64,000 bases of DNA from Nitrospina watsonii. GTDB lineage: Bacteria > Nitrospinota > Nitrospinia > Nitrospinales > Nitrospinaceae. Positions 37,082 through 47,386 of the stretch are shown here, in pieces (within the stretch, counting starts at the first letter, position 1; every line of letters starts with the position of its first letter). Made by a program: the position numbers and the translations under genes. The DNA is taken from assembly GCF_946900835.1 (NCBI RefSeq), contig NZ_OX336137.1:1228213-1292212 (forward strand), in the 5' to 3' direction. The notes below the pieces were generated by a model. It saw only the letters and a list, made by a program, of their open reading frames with translations. It was not told the DNA's origin and searched no databases.

Positions 37082-38473
37082 TCACCCCACGATGTTGTAA
37101 CGGCGCGGCCGGTACGTGACGCCGAACTGCTGCTCGGCGATCTCCGCGCATTTGTCTTCGTCCACGTCCTGCTGGTGGGTCACGATGGTGGCCTGCACCT
37201 CCGGGATGTGAACTTTGGCATCTTCAATGAATTTCAGAATCTCGTCGTAGATGCGACCGCGGTAATTCGGCAATGGCTGGCTGACTTCATCGTAGGCGTC
37301 GGAGTTGTCGGCGTTGAGGCTGATCGATACGGAATCGACGAGGCCTGCGAGCTCCGGCAGAATATTGCGTTTGTTGATGACGTTGCCGTGGCCGTTGGTA
37401 TTGAGCCGCACGCGTCCGCCCGCGGCCTTGATTTTTTGCGCCACGTTTTTGATGACGTCGAGACGCAGCGTCGGTTCGCCGTAGCCGCAGAACACGACCT
37501 CGTCGTACTTCGCCGGGTCGTCGATCGACGCCCACACCTCGTCGGCGGTGGGTTCGCGGTCCAGCGCCAGGTTGTAACCCTGCACGATGGGTTTCGAGAT
37601 ACGCGTGCAGAACACGCAATTGGCGGTGCAGCGTTGCGTCAGGTTCAGATAGAGCGAGTTCCTTATCTGGTACGAAATGGTGCCGGACTGCGCGGTGTTG
37701 CCGATGCCGTACAAATCGAAAAAGCTGAGCTCCACCGTGCGGTGCAGGTCCTGCACGCTGGTGCCGCGCAATTCGGCCAGAAACTCCGCCGTGTGGTTGA
37801 CGAACGCCGGTTCGTTGCGTTTGCCGCGCATGGGTACCGGCGCCATGTAGGGGCAATCGGTTTCGACGAACAGACGATCCGCTGGAATGGTTTTGGCGAC
37901 GGCGCGCAGGTCCTCCGCATTTTTGAAAGTCACCACGCCGGAAAAGGAAATGTAAAAGCCCATAGCCAGCGCCGCTTCCGCCATTTCCTGGTCGCCGGTG
38001 AAGCAGTGGAAAATGCCGGCGCGTCCGTTCGGGTCTTGCGGATAGTACTCGGACAGGATGGCGAGGGTGTCTTCCTTGGCGTCGCGGCTGTGGATGACCA
38101 GCGGTTTTTTGTGCTCGCGCGCCAGTTCGATGTGCTTGCGGAAATGCGCGCGTTGCAGGTCGTGCGGCGAATAGTTTTTAAAGTAGTCGAGGCCGGTCTC
38201 GCCGACGGCGATCACGCGTGGGTGTTGCAAGAGTTCGCGCAGCTCGAGATAGGTGTTGTCGTCGATGTCCTTGACGTCGTGCGGATGGATGCCGACGGCG
38301 GCGTAAATGAAGTCGTGCTCTTCCGTCAGCGCCACCGAACGGTGACTGCTCGGGATGTCGCAGCCGATGTTGACGATGTATTTGACGCCGTGGTCGCGGG
38401 CGCGCTGGATGATGGCGTCGCGGTCGGCGTCGAAATCGGCCATGTCAATGTGTGCGTGGGTGTCGATGATCAT
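37082..38473 (-). CDS. TatD-family metal-dependent hydrolase fused to a radical SAM domain (TIGR04038-like TatD-associated rSAM)
   Basis: N-terminal IIDTHAHID...HCFTG (TatD). C-terminal CTANCVFC (CxxxCxxC) plus TNGHG. Confidence 0.8.
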   Translation of the reverse strand: MIIDTHAHIDMADFDADRDAIIQRARDHGVKYIVNIGCDIPSSHRSVALTEEHDFIYAAVGIHPHDVKDIDDNTYLELRELLQHPRVIAVGETGLDYFKNYSPHDLQRAHFRKHIELAREHKKPLVIHSRDAKEDTLAILSEYYPQDPNGRAGIFHCFTGDQEMAEAALAMGFYISFSGVVTFKNAEDLRAVAKTIPADRLFVETDCPYMAPVPMRGKRNEPAFVNHTAEFLAELRGTSVQDLHRTVELSFFDLYGIGNTAQSGTISYQIRNSLYLNLTQRCTANCVFCTRISKPIVQGYNLALDREPTADEVWASIDDPAKYDEVVFCGYGEPTLRLDVIKNVAQKIKAAGGRVRLNTNGHGNVINKRNILPELAGLVDSVSISLNADNSDAYDEVSQPLPNYRGRIYDEILKFIEDAKVHIPEVQATIVTHQQDVDEDKCAEIAEQQFGVTYRPRRYNIVG

Positions 38474-40404
38474 TTCACGCGCGCTCCCAGTTCCAATTCT
38501 TCGTCGAATCCGGCGAGGACGACCTTGCCCTGATCGCTGCCCGCCAGGATCATGCCCTGCGATTCAATGCCCATCAGTTTCGCCGGTTTGAGGTTGGCGA
38601 CGAGGATCACCTTGCGCCCGACCAGCTGCTCCGGTTCGTAACTTTCGGCGATGCCCGCCACCACCTGCCGCTGTTCGTGGCCGAGATCGACCTTCAGCTT
38701 GATGAGTTTTTTTGATTTCTTCACCTTCTCCGCTTCGAGGATGAGGGCGACGCGCAGATCGAGCCTCATGAAATCGTCGATCTGGATGAGGTTGTCTTCC
38801 TCTACCGCGGCGGCGCCGTCGTCGCCGGAGGCCTTCACTTCCACAGTGGCCAGGATTTTTTCAGCGGCCTTGTCCTCGATGCGCGGGAAAATCTGCTCGC
38901 CCTGTTTCGACTGCGCACTGGCGGACAGCCAGCCCCAGGTGCGGATGGAAGGCAGACCCTGATCCTCGATCGGGGTTTCGACGCCGAGTTGCTGCATCAT
39001 CTTCTTCGACGTATCCGGCATGAACGGGTGGATGAGAATGGCGATGACACGGCAGGCCTCGGCGGCGTTGTAGAGCACGGTGGCGAGGCGTTTTTTGCCG
39101 TCGTCGGATTTGGCCAGGTTCCACGGCGCGGTGCTGTTGATGTATTGATTGGACGCGTCGAGCAGTTCCCAGATTTTCATCAGGATGCGGTTGTAGGCCA
39201 ACTCGTCGTACAACTCGTTGACCTGTTCGACCACTTCCTTGGACTTGCCCTTGAGGCCTGCGTCCTCGTCGCCTTCGACATCTATTTCCGGCACGCGGCC
39301 TTCAAAGTATTTGCCCAGCATGTTGAGCGTGCGGTTGAGCAGATTGCCCAGGTTGTTGGCGAGGTCGCTGTTGACGCGACCGATCAACGCCTTGTGCGAG
39401 AAATCGCCGTCGAGCCCGAACGGCACCTCGCGCATCAGGAAATAGCGGATGACGTCCACGCCGAACTGGTCGATCAACAGGTTCGGCTCGACCACGTTGC
39501 GCAGCGACTTCGACATCTTCTTGCCTTCCACCGTCCACCAGCCGTGCGCGAAAATATTGAGAGGCGGCGAGATGCCGATGGCCTTCAGCATGGTGGACCA
39601 GTACACCGCGTGCGTGGTCAAAATGTCCTTGCCGATGAGGTGATGCGCCGCCGGCCAGTAATCGCATTTTAAAATCTCGTCGTGGCTGCCGTGGATCGAG
39701 ATGTAGTTGATGAGCGCGTCGAACCAGACGTAGGTGACGTAATCCTCATCGAAGGGCAGGGGGATGCCCCAGGCGAGGCGTTCCTTGGGCCGCGAGATGC
39801 AGAGGTCTTCCAGTGGTTTTTTCAGGAAGCCCAGGATTTCGTTCTTCCGCGACGCGGGCAGGATGAACGATTCGTTTTTCTGGATGTGATCGATCAGCCA
39901 CTCCTGATACTGGCTCATCTTGAAAAAATAATTGTACTCTTTGATCTTTTCCACCTTGCGCCCACACTCCGGGCAGTTGCCCTCGACGAGGTCCTTCTCC
40001 GTCCAGAAACGTTCGTCGGGCATGCAGTACCAGCCTTCGTAACTGTCGCGGTAGATTTCGCCTTTCTCGTGGAGCGCCTGGAGGATTTCGCGGACCACCC
40101 GGGTGTGGCGTTCCTCCGTGGTGCGGATGAAATCGGTATTGGAAATGTTGAAGCGCGCCCACAGGTCCTTGAACGGTTTGTGCAGGGCATCGACGTACGC
40201 CTGGGCGCTGCGTCCGGCTTGCTCCGCCGCCTGCTGGACTTTCTGCCCGTGCTCGTCGGTGCCGGTCAGAAAAAACACGTCGTCGCCATCGAGCCTGCGG
40301 TAGCGGGCGGCGACGTCGGCGGCGATGGTGGTGTAGGCGTGGCCGATGTGGGGCACGTCGTTGACGTAATAAATGGGTGTGGTGATGTAGAACTTTCGAT
40401 TCAT
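38470..40404 (-). CDS. metG: Methionyl-tRNA synthetase with C-terminal tRNA-binding domain
   Basis: 644 aa, HIGH (PHIGHAYT), KMSKS, and a zinc knuckle CPECGRK. Confidence 0.95.
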   Translation of the reverse strand: MNRKFYITTPIYYVNDVPHIGHAYTTIAADVAARYRRLDGDDVFFLTGTDEHGQKVQQAAEQAGRSAQAYVDALHKPFKDLWARFNISNTDFIRTTEERHTRVVREILQALHEKGEIYRDSYEGWYCMPDERFWTEKDLVEGNCPECGRKVEKIKEYNYFFKMSQYQEWLIDHIQKNESFILPASRKNEILGFLKKPLEDLCISRPKERLAWGIPLPFDEDYVTYVWFDALINYISIHGSHDEILKCDYWPAAHHLIGKDILTTHAVYWSTMLKAIGISPPLNIFAHGWWTVEGKKMSKSLRNVVEPNLLIDQFGVDVIRYFLMREVPFGLDGDFSHKALIGRVNSDLANNLGNLLNRTLNMLGKYFEGRVPEIDVEGDEDAGLKGKSKEVVEQVNELYDELAYNRILMKIWELLDASNQYINSTAPWNLAKSDDGKKRLATVLYNAAEACRVIAILIHPFMPDTSKKMMQQLGVETPIEDQGLPSIRTWGWLSASAQSKQGEQIFPRIEDKAAEKILATVEVKASGDDGAAAVEEDNLIQIDDFMRLDLRVALILEAEKVKKSKKLIKLKVDLGHEQRQVVAGIAESYEPEQLVGRKVILVANLKPAKLMGIESQGMILAGSDQGKVVLAGFDEELELGARVK

Positions 40405-40428
40405 GTCGGTGGCGTTCGGGGTTGTGGG

Positions 40429-41325
40429 TTAGCTGGCTGGCTGCGTGGGCGCGTGGGGCTGCGGCGTCAGGTAGTCACGAAGCTCTTCCAGATCATAGTA
40501 CATGATGTAATCGTCCTCAAGGCGAACGGTCACCTTATGCTTCAGGATGTCGTTCTGGATCACACGGCCCTTGCCATCCGGAGTGGAAATGGTTTTGCCC
40601 AGTTTGGGCATTTCCTTGATGAGGTCCTTGTAGATGTTGTGTTCGTATTGCAGGCAGCACATGAGGCGGCCGCACACGCCGGAAATCTTGCTGGGGTTGA
40701 GCGCGAGGCCCTGGTCCTTGGCCATGCGGATGGTCACCGGGGTGAATTCCGGCAAAAAGCGCGAACAGCACAACTCCTCGCCGCACACGCCATGGCCGTT
40801 GATCGACTTGGCCTCGTCGCGCACCCCGACCTGCCGCATCTCGATTCGATGGCGCAGGCGCGAGGCCAGTTCCTTGACCAGCTGACGGAAATCGATGCGG
40901 CCCTCGGCGGTGAAGTAGAACACCGACTTGTTGAGTTCCTCGAAAAACACGACGCGGCTCAGGTTCATCGGCAGCTTCAGGCTTTCGATCAACTCCTGGC
41001 AGAGCACCGTGGACTTGCTTTCGCGCTGCCGCTTTTCTTCCTCATGGTGACGGTCTTCGTCGTTGGCGAGGCGCAGCACTTTGAGCGGGTGGCAGGCGTC
41101 CTTGCGGATGTTGATGATTTTGTTGGATGCGACGACTCCGATCTGCGGACCGTCCTCGGTATCGACCATCACGTCCATGCCGACGCGGAGCTTCAGCGTG
41201 TTCGGGTCGCACAACTGCGTCTTGTCACGGCCGCGCATGCGGATACCGATGACAAATTTCGGGCGCGTCGATTCCGCATCCGGGGACGTTGCGGCGGAGT
41301 CTGAATTCACTGGTTCGTTTTGCAT
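40429..41325 (-). CDS. PSP1 C-terminal domain protein (RicT/YaaT-like)
   Basis: PSP1 core with the CGRLMCCLQYE Cys motif. Start at MQNEPV. The ORF extends to 41394. Confidence 0.8.
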   Translation of the reverse strand: MQNEPVNSDSAATSPDAESTRPKFVIGIRMRGRDKTQLCDPNTLKLRVGMDVMVDTEDGPQIGVVASNKIINIRKDACHPLKVLRLANDEDRHHEEEKRQRESKSTVLCQELIESLKLPMNLSRVVFFEELNKSVFYFTAEGRIDFRQLVKELASRLRHRIEMRQVGVRDEAKSINGHGVCGEELCCSRFLPEFTPVTIRMAKDQGLALNPSKISGVCGRLMCCLQYEHNIYKDLIKEMPKLGKTISTPDGKGRVIQNDILKHKVTVRLEDDYIMYYDLEELRDYLTPQPHAPTQPAS

Positions 41326-41335
41326 GGAGTGTCCT

Positions 41336-42346
41336 TCACGCCGCTTCACAGAACTGAAGAAGCATGTTCTCCAGAGAGAGCTGAACGTTGGCATTCATAT
41401 TCAAAATGTGACGGGTGCGGAACACCGCATCCATCATGTGCAACACCGCAGCGCGCGATTTGCCCTGTGTGAGCGGAGCCAGCCGGGACGCAAGATCGCG
41501 ATTGTTCAAGGCCTCGGCGCCGCAACCCGCCTGCAGCACGGCGAGGTCACGCAGCAGGCCCAGCAGTTCTTCCAATATCTTTTGCGTGTCGCCGCCACGG
41601 GCCACCTCGCGCGACCATTGAAACAGCACGTCCATGCGGCGAAAACTCAACTGGCCGATCAATGCCAGCAGTTCCTCCCGGTAGCGGGCGATCTCGGCCA
41701 CATCTTCCGCCAGGGCACGCGCCACCTGGCCCTGCGAACGCAGCACCCGTAATTCGATTTCCTCGTCCAGCATGCCTTCGCTGTCCGGGTGGGTTTCGAG
41801 GATGGAACGCAACGCTTCCGGCGGCAGCGGATGGAACATCACCCCCTGGCAGCGCGAGATCAGCGTCGGCAGCATCTGGTAGGGATTCGACGTGACCAGG
41901 ATCAGGAGCGTTGAGCCGGGGGGTTCTTCCAGCGTTTTGAGGAAGGCGTTGCAGGCCTGCGGATTCATTTTCTCGGCACCGTCGATCACCGCAACCTTGT
42001 AGCGGCCTTCATAGGGCGTGTAGCCGAGTTTCTTTTGCAATTCGCGGATTTCTTCGATCTTGATGGCGGCGTCGCGGGCGGTGGAACTGGCCTTGGTCGG
42101 TTCCAGCAGGAACACGTCCGGGTGCTGGCCCTGATCGATTTTGAGGCAGGACGGGCACACACCGCAAGCACCGTCGGTGCCGGGCTGGGCGCAATTCAGA
42201 GCTTTGGCGAATTCCATCGCCATTCGCTTTTTGCCTACGCTTTCGGGGCCGTAGTACAGGTAGGCGTGCGCTACCGTGCCGTTTTCGATGGCACGACTGA
42301 TAATATGTTTAGCCTGGCCTTGGCCAAGTATCGTCTCGAAGGGCAT
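41336..42346 (-). CDS. holB: DNA polymerase III delta-prime subunit
   Basis: 336 aa, GPESVGKKRMA Walker-like motif and Zn module CGVCPSC. Confidence 0.85.
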   Translation of the reverse strand: MPFETILGQGQAKHIISRAIENGTVAHAYLYYGPESVGKKRMAMEFAKALNCAQPGTDGACGVCPSCLKIDQGQHPDVFLLEPTKASSTARDAAIKIEEIRELQKKLGYTPYEGRYKVAVIDGAEKMNPQACNAFLKTLEEPPGSTLLILVTSNPYQMLPTLISRCQGVMFHPLPPEALRSILETHPDSEGMLDEEIELRVLRSQGQVARALAEDVAEIARYREELLALIGQLSFRRMDVLFQWSREVARGGDTQKILEELLGLLRDLAVLQAGCGAEALNNRDLASRLAPLTQGKSRAAVLHMMDAVFRTRHILNMNANVQLSLENMLLQFCEAA

Positions 42347-42594
42347 GTGGACCTGATAAAATACATATATTCAAATGTTTAGCTCGTAAACGAGGGACTG
42401 TGCGCAGTGTGTCACGCCGGCACCGGGGTGAACGGTGCACGGAGGGTCTCCTCATATATAAGAGGAGGCCTTAAATCCAGTGAATATCATAGTATATGGA
42501 CCCGCCCCTGTAAATGAAAAAGCCGGAGGCAGGGCGTGGAAGAGGGCGGCGGTTTGGGAAAATGTTGGATTGATATTGAATCCCAATTTGGATT

Positions 42595-42624
42595 TTGCTA
42601 TAAAATCCACCTGTTTGCTACAAT
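42595..42624 (+). promoter_or_regulatory. Sigma-70-like promoter for the ferredoxin gene
   Basis: TTGCTA, 18-nt spacer, TACAAT. About 40 bp upstream of the start codon. Confidence 0.4.
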
Positions 42625-42663
42625 GTGGCTGAAACATGATACCAATCGTATGGAAGAATTGAC

Positions 42664-42990
42664 ATGGCCGTAGCCGAAAGAGCAAAACGTTCCGCACAGA
42701 GAAAACGCAAGCCGAAAGAGTTAGCAGTTATCAACGAAGCGTGCACCGGTTGCAGCGGCTCGCCGATCTGCATCACCGAATGTCCGGTGGAAAACTGCAT
42801 GTACGAAGTGCAGAATCCCTACGCCCCGGCGTTCAACGTGGTGCTGGTGGATGAACTGTTGTGCATCGGGTGCAAGAAATGCGTTTCCAAGGGGCCCATG
42901 GACACGTTCCTGGAAGGGTGTCCCTGGGATGCCATCGATATGCTGCCTCTGTCGGATTACGAAAAGAAGTACGGGGAAATGCCCTATTAG
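42664..42990 (+). CDS. 4Fe-4S ferredoxin-domain protein
   Basis: 108 aa, CTGCSGSPICITECP and CIGCKKC clusters. Confidence 0.7.
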   Translation: MAVAERAKRSAQRKRKPKELAVINEACTGCSGSPICITECPVENCMYEVQNPYAPAFNVVLVDELLCIGCKKCVSKGPMDTFLEGCPWDAIDMLPLSDYEKKYGEMPY

Positions 42991-43402
42991 TTCCAACCGG
43001 CGGATTTCCTGCGAGGGTTCCGAGGGGTTTCGAACAAGCAGAATCCAAATGGTTTCCTCAAGCCGTGCCCGGGACGCGCTGGCAGGATGACGCGGGATTT
43101 TTCAATTGACAGATTGGAAGTTCGGCGTTATTTTTTTGCGGCCCAAACGGTCTTGATGTTCAAAGAGCTGGACCGGCCCCTAGTGATAGGGTAAGTCATT
43201 CAGGTGAGGGGCGGTTTTGGCGGTTGCCATCCTTCCTTATCTCCCTGCAATTCGAGCGGTCAACGCGCGAACATTTCAGATTTTTGTCAAATTCCCGGGA
43301 CCTTTTTGAGAATCCCGAGAATTTCTTTTGGAAAACAGGGTCGGTGTTGTATGATTAGGCGTTTTTAGCCTTTCTGGCCTTGTCACCCCCACGACAAAAA
43401 AA

Positions 43403-43705
43403 ATGAAATCCGGGAGTCCCCTACGCCAGGGCCTGAGTTACGCATTCAGACTGGGCACCGAAATGACCGTGGCGACCCTCATCGGGGCGCTGATGGGTTA
43501 TGCGCTGGACTATTATTTGGGCACCGATCCCTGGTTTCTCGCACTCGGCGTGTTGTTTGGCGGGGCGGCGGGGTGCCTGAACGTGTACCGGGCGGGCATG
43601 GCCATGGAACAGGACTGGGGAGAGGACGCCCCGAAAAACGATAACGACGATCACCCGGATTCGGACGACGACCCTCCGGATCCCAACCACGATATTCAGA
43701 AATAA
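43403..43705 (+). CDS. AtpZ/AtpI-like putative F0F1-ATPase accessory membrane protein
   Basis: 100 aa with two TM helices, immediately upstream of atpB. Acidic C-terminal tail. Confidence 0.55.
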   Translation: MKSGSPLRQGLSYAFRLGTEMTVATLIGALMGYALDYYLGTDPWFLALGVLFGGAAGCLNVYRAGMAMEQDWGEDAPKNDNDDHPDSDDDPPDPNHDIQK

Positions 43706-43708
43706 TAA

Positions 43709-44437
43709 ATGGAAAACCCGCTACACCACTTCGAGCTGCACCCCATCATCGGCATCCACTTTCTGGGGCTGGACCTTTCCATCAACAAGGCGATCATCGT
43801 CATGTGGATCGGCATTGCCCTCGTGTTCGGCCTGTTCATGCTGGTGATCAAGGGCGGCCTGCGGCTGGTTCCCGGCAAGATGCAGAGCGTCGCCGAGATG
43901 TCGCTGGAATTCATTCAGAACATGGTGACCGAGTTCATCGGCAAGGACGGCAAGAAATACTTTTCCTTCATTGCCACCCTGTTTTTCTTCATTCTGGCCT
44001 GCAACCTGATCGGCCTCGTGCCCGGCTCTTACACCATGACGAGCCAGTTGGCCGTGACCGGCGCCTTCGCCATCACCATCTTTTTAATGACGCTGGTCAT
44101 CGGTTTCGTCACGCACGGCGGACGCTTCCTGAGCATACTGGTGCCTCCTGGCGTGCCCAAACTCATGATCCCGTTCATGATTCCGATCGAAGTCATCAGC
44201 ATGCTGGCACGGCCGATTTCCCTGTCGGTGCGGCTGTTCGCCAACATGACGGCGGGCCATACGGTGCTTGCGGTGTTGTTCGCGTTGACCCTCACGGCCC
44301 CGGCCTGGGTCAGCTGGATGCCTTTCGGCTTCACTGTGGTCATCAACGTATTGGAAGTAGCCATAGCATTTATCCAGGCATATATCTTTACGGTCCTGAC
44401 GTGCATGTACATCGGGGACGTTATTAATTTGCATTAA
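43709..44437 (+). CDS. atpB: ATP synthase F0 subunit a
   Basis: 242 aa, conserved Arg in LSVRLFANM. Confidence 0.9.
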   Translation: MENPLHHFELHPIIGIHFLGLDLSINKAIIVMWIGIALVFGLFMLVIKGGLRLVPGKMQSVAEMSLEFIQNMVTEFIGKDGKKYFSFIATLFFFILACNLIGLVPGSYTMTSQLAVTGAFAITIFLMTLVIGFVTHGGRFLSILVPPGVPKLMIPFMIPIEVISMLARPISLSVRLFANMTAGHTVLAVLFALTLTAPAWVSWMPFGFTVVINVLEVAIAFIQAYIFTVLTCMYIGDVINLH

Positions 44438-44460
44438 ATCACCAAGAGAGGAGCTCCAGA

Positions 44461-44688
44461 ATGGAAGCAGCAGCTGCAGCTTATTTGGGAATGGGCCTGT
44501 GTGCCGCCGGGTTTTTCGGTGCGGCGATCGGTATCGCCAATATTTTTTCAACAACCATCGAGACCGTCGGCCGCCAGCCGAATGCCGAAGGCCGTGTGGC
44601 CAAGTACTGCTGGATCGGGTTTGCGCTGGTAGAAGCCGTCGCGTTGTACGCGTTGGTCCTTGCCTTCATTCTCATGGGCAAAGCGTGA
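44461..44688 (+). CDS. atpE: ATP synthase F0 subunit c
   Basis: 75-aa hairpin with the conserved carboxylate (ALVEAVAL). Confidence 0.9.
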   Translation: MEAAAAAYLGMGLCAAGFFGAAIGIANIFSTTIETVGRQPNAEGRVAKYCWIGFALVEAVALYALVLAFILMGKA

Positions 44689-44771
44689 GCGCACTTTAGA
44701 GAGACGCCCCCAGGGGGCGCTTTCTGCATGGCAACCCTTATGTACAACCTTTACCCCAGGTCACCCGGACA

Positions 44772-45281
44772 ATGCCACAACTAGAGCAGGTATCGGTATT
44801 TTCTTCGTTGATATTCTGGTCGATCATTTCGTTCGTCCTGCTTCTTTGGTTGTTGAAGAAGTACGCGTTCCCGCCCATCCTGCAAATGCTGGAGGAGCGG
44901 CAGAAGAAGATTTCCGGAGATATCAAGAGCGCAGAAGCGATGCGCGCGGAAGCGGAGAAGATCAAGCAGGAGTTTGACGCTCAACTCCAGACCGCGCACG
45001 ACAAGGCCTCCACCATCGTCCAACTGGCGCAAGATGAGTCCCGTAAAATGCAGGAAAAAACCCTCAACGAGACCCAGGCCAAGGTCCGGCAGATGCAAAA
45101 GGAAGCCGAGCATGAAATCCGGGTGGCGCGTGACAAGCTGATGGGGGAAATCCGGCAATACGTTTCGGTCCTGACCATCGCCTCGACCGAGAAAATTCTG
45201 CGCCGGACCATGCAGGACGACGACAAAAAGAGGCTGGTGGACGAGTCCATTGAAGAGGTGGTTAAAAACCTCGGCAAATAA
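44772..45281 (+). CDS. atpF: ATP synthase F0 subunit b
   Basis: 169 aa, N-terminal TM then a long charged helix. Confidence 0.8.
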   Translation: MPQLEQVSVFSSLIFWSIISFVLLLWLLKKYAFPPILQMLEERQKKISGDIKSAEAMRAEAEKIKQEFDAQLQTAHDKASTIVQLAQDESRKMQEKTLNETQAKVRQMQKEAEHEIRVARDKLMGEIRQYVSVLTIASTEKILRRTMQDDDKKRLVDESIEEVVKNLGK

Positions 45282-45327
45282 CAGAACCTGACCGGGTTCC
45301 AGATCGCTGGAATGAATTGATACCACG

Positions 45328-45888
45328 ATGATAGAAAACCAGATAGGCAAACGATTTTCGGAAGCGCTTTCCAGTTCCATCCAGGACGACACCAGGCTCC
45401 AGGAGGCGTTGGACCATGTATGCGATCTGGACGACGCCATCGAGTCCGATCCCAAGCTTCCCAAGTTTTTTCTGCACCCGTCGGTTTCAGATAAAAAGAA
45501 GCTCGAGTTCGTGATGTCGCTGTGCGACGCCATTCCGGCGGGGAAAGAGGTGCGCAAGCTGGCTGAAATGCTGGTGCAGCGCAACAAGATGACCTATCTG
45601 AAAAACGTTCGGGAATATTTCGATAAAACGGTGGCCGATCGGCTCAACCAGGTGCGGGTGAAAATCGTGTCTGCTTACCCCGTGTCCGAGGAACAATTGA
45701 ACAAACTGAAATCGTCCCTGGATCAGGCTTTGGGAAAAAGTGCGGTGATCGAGAGCCAGGTGGACGAGTCGTTGCTCGGCGGAGTCCGCGTCAGTATTGG
45801 GAGCTGGGTCGCCGATGCCACTATCAAGAACCGCCTGGCGCTGCTGCGACGGTCGATTGAGAAGGAGGAGGTCTTAAGTGAGTCTTAG
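45328..45888 (+). CDS. atpH: ATP synthase F1 delta subunit
   Basis: 186 aa, OSCP-like. Position between atpF and atpA. Confidence 0.8.
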   Translation: MIENQIGKRFSEALSSSIQDDTRLQEALDHVCDLDDAIESDPKLPKFFLHPSVSDKKKLEFVMSLCDAIPAGKEVRKLAEMLVQRNKMTYLKNVREYFDKTVADRLNQVRVKIVSAYPVSEEQLNKLKSSLDQALGKSAVIESQVDESLLGGVRVSIGSWVADATIKNRLALLRRSIEKEEVLSES

Positions 45889-47383
45889 AGCGGATGAAAT
45901 CAGCACCCTGATTCAAAAGCAGATCGAAGGGTTCGAGTCCGAAGTCGAATTGAAGGAAACCGGCCGCGTCATCTCCGTCGGCGACGGCATCGCCCGCATT
46001 TATGGCCTCGAAAACGCCATGGCCGGCGAACTGGTGGACTTTCCCCATGATGTCACCGGCATGGTCCTGAACCTGGAAGAGGACAACGTCGGCGCCGTGC
46101 TCATGGGCTTCGACAACCTGATCAAGGAAGGCGACGAAGTCAAGCGCACCGGCCGCATCATGGACGTGCCCGTCGGACCGGAACTGGTTGGGCGCGTGGT
46201 CAATGCCCTGGGCGAACCGATCGATGGCAAAGGTCCGATCAACGCCAAGCAGCGCGGTCCCATCGAGCGCATCGCGCCGGGCGTCATCGAGCGCAAATCC
46301 GTTCACGAACCCATGCAGACCGGTATCAAGGCGATCGACGGCATGATCCCGATCGGCCGCGGTCAGCGCGAGCTGATCATTGGCGATCGTCAGACCGGCA
46401 AGACCGCTGTGGCCATCGACGCCATCCTCAATCAGAAGGGCCAGAACGTATTCTGCATTTACGTCGCCGTCGGCCAGAAACGGTCCACGGTGGCGCGCGT
46501 CGTCAAAACGCTGGAAGAGCATGGCGCCATGGAGTACTCGATGGTCGTCTCCGCCAGCGCCAGCGACCCGGCGCCGATGCAGTTCATCGCGCCGTACGCA
46601 GGCTGCGCCATGGGCGAATATTTCCGCGACAACGGCCAGCATGCGCTCATCATTTATGATGATCTGTCGAAGCAGGCCGCGGCCTACCGCCAGTTGAGCC
46701 TGCTGCTGCGCCGGCCTCCGGGACGCGAAGCGTATCCCGGCGACGTCTTCTTCCTGCATTCGCGTCTCTTGGAGCGTGCGGCGAAATTGAACGACGACCT
46801 CGGAGCGGGTTCGATGACGGCGTTGCCGATCATTGAAACGCAGGCGGGCGACGTCTCGGCCTACATCCCGACCAACGTCATTTCCATCACCGACGGTCAG
46901 ATCTACCTGGAAACGGACCTGTTCTATTCCGGTGTGCGCCCGGCCATCAACGTCGGCCTGTCGGTATCCCGCGTCGGCGGTTCCGCCCAGATCAAAGCCA
47001 TGAAGCAGGTGGCCGGTCAGTTGCGGCTGGACCTCGCGCAGTACCGCGAAATGGCGGCCTTCTCCCAGTTCGGCAGTGACCTCGACGCCGCCACGCAGGC
47101 GCAGTTGGCCCGCGGGGAACGTCTCGTTGAGTTGCTGAAGCAGCCGCAGTACCGGCCGTTGAACGTGGTGCAGCAGGTGGCCTCGCTGTTCACCGGTGTA
47201 CGCGGGCATCTCGACGATATCAAGGTGCGCGACGTCCAGCGCTTCGAGGAAAGCTTCATCAACTTCATGGAAGAAAAGAAAAAAGACCTCATGGAAACCA
47301 TCGCCAAGGACAAAAAGCTCACCGATGAAACCGAGGAGCAGTTGACTGCGGCGGTCAAAGAGTTCAAGGAATTGTTTAAATAA
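45878..47383 (+). CDS. atpA: ATP synthase F1 alpha subunit
   Basis: 501 aa, Walker A GDRQTGKT. Confidence 0.97.
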   Translation: MSLRADEISTLIQKQIEGFESEVELKETGRVISVGDGIARIYGLENAMAGELVDFPHDVTGMVLNLEEDNVGAVLMGFDNLIKEGDEVKRTGRIMDVPVGPELVGRVVNALGEPIDGKGPINAKQRGPIERIAPGVIERKSVHEPMQTGIKAIDGMIPIGRGQRELIIGDRQTGKTAVAIDAILNQKGQNVFCIYVAVGQKRSTVARVVKTLEEHGAMEYSMVVSASASDPAPMQFIAPYAGCAMGEYFRDNGQHALIIYDDLSKQAAAYRQLSLLLRRPPGREAYPGDVFFLHSRLLERAAKLNDDLGAGSMTALPIIETQAGDVSAYIPTNVISITDGQIYLETDLFYSGVRPAINVGLSVSRVGGSAQIKAMKQVAGQLRLDLAQYREMAAFSQFGSDLDAATQAQLARGERLVELLKQPQYRPLNVVQQVASLFTGVRGHLDDIKVRDVQRFEESFINFMEEKKKDLMETIAKDKKLTDETEEQLTAAVKEFKELFK

Positions 47384-47386
47384 ATC

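Noticed and set aside
43106-43134. TTGACA-17-TATTTT promoter-like motif 300 bp upstream of atpZ
   Set aside because: Weak -10 and a long distance to the first atp gene. It cannot be distinguished from chance.
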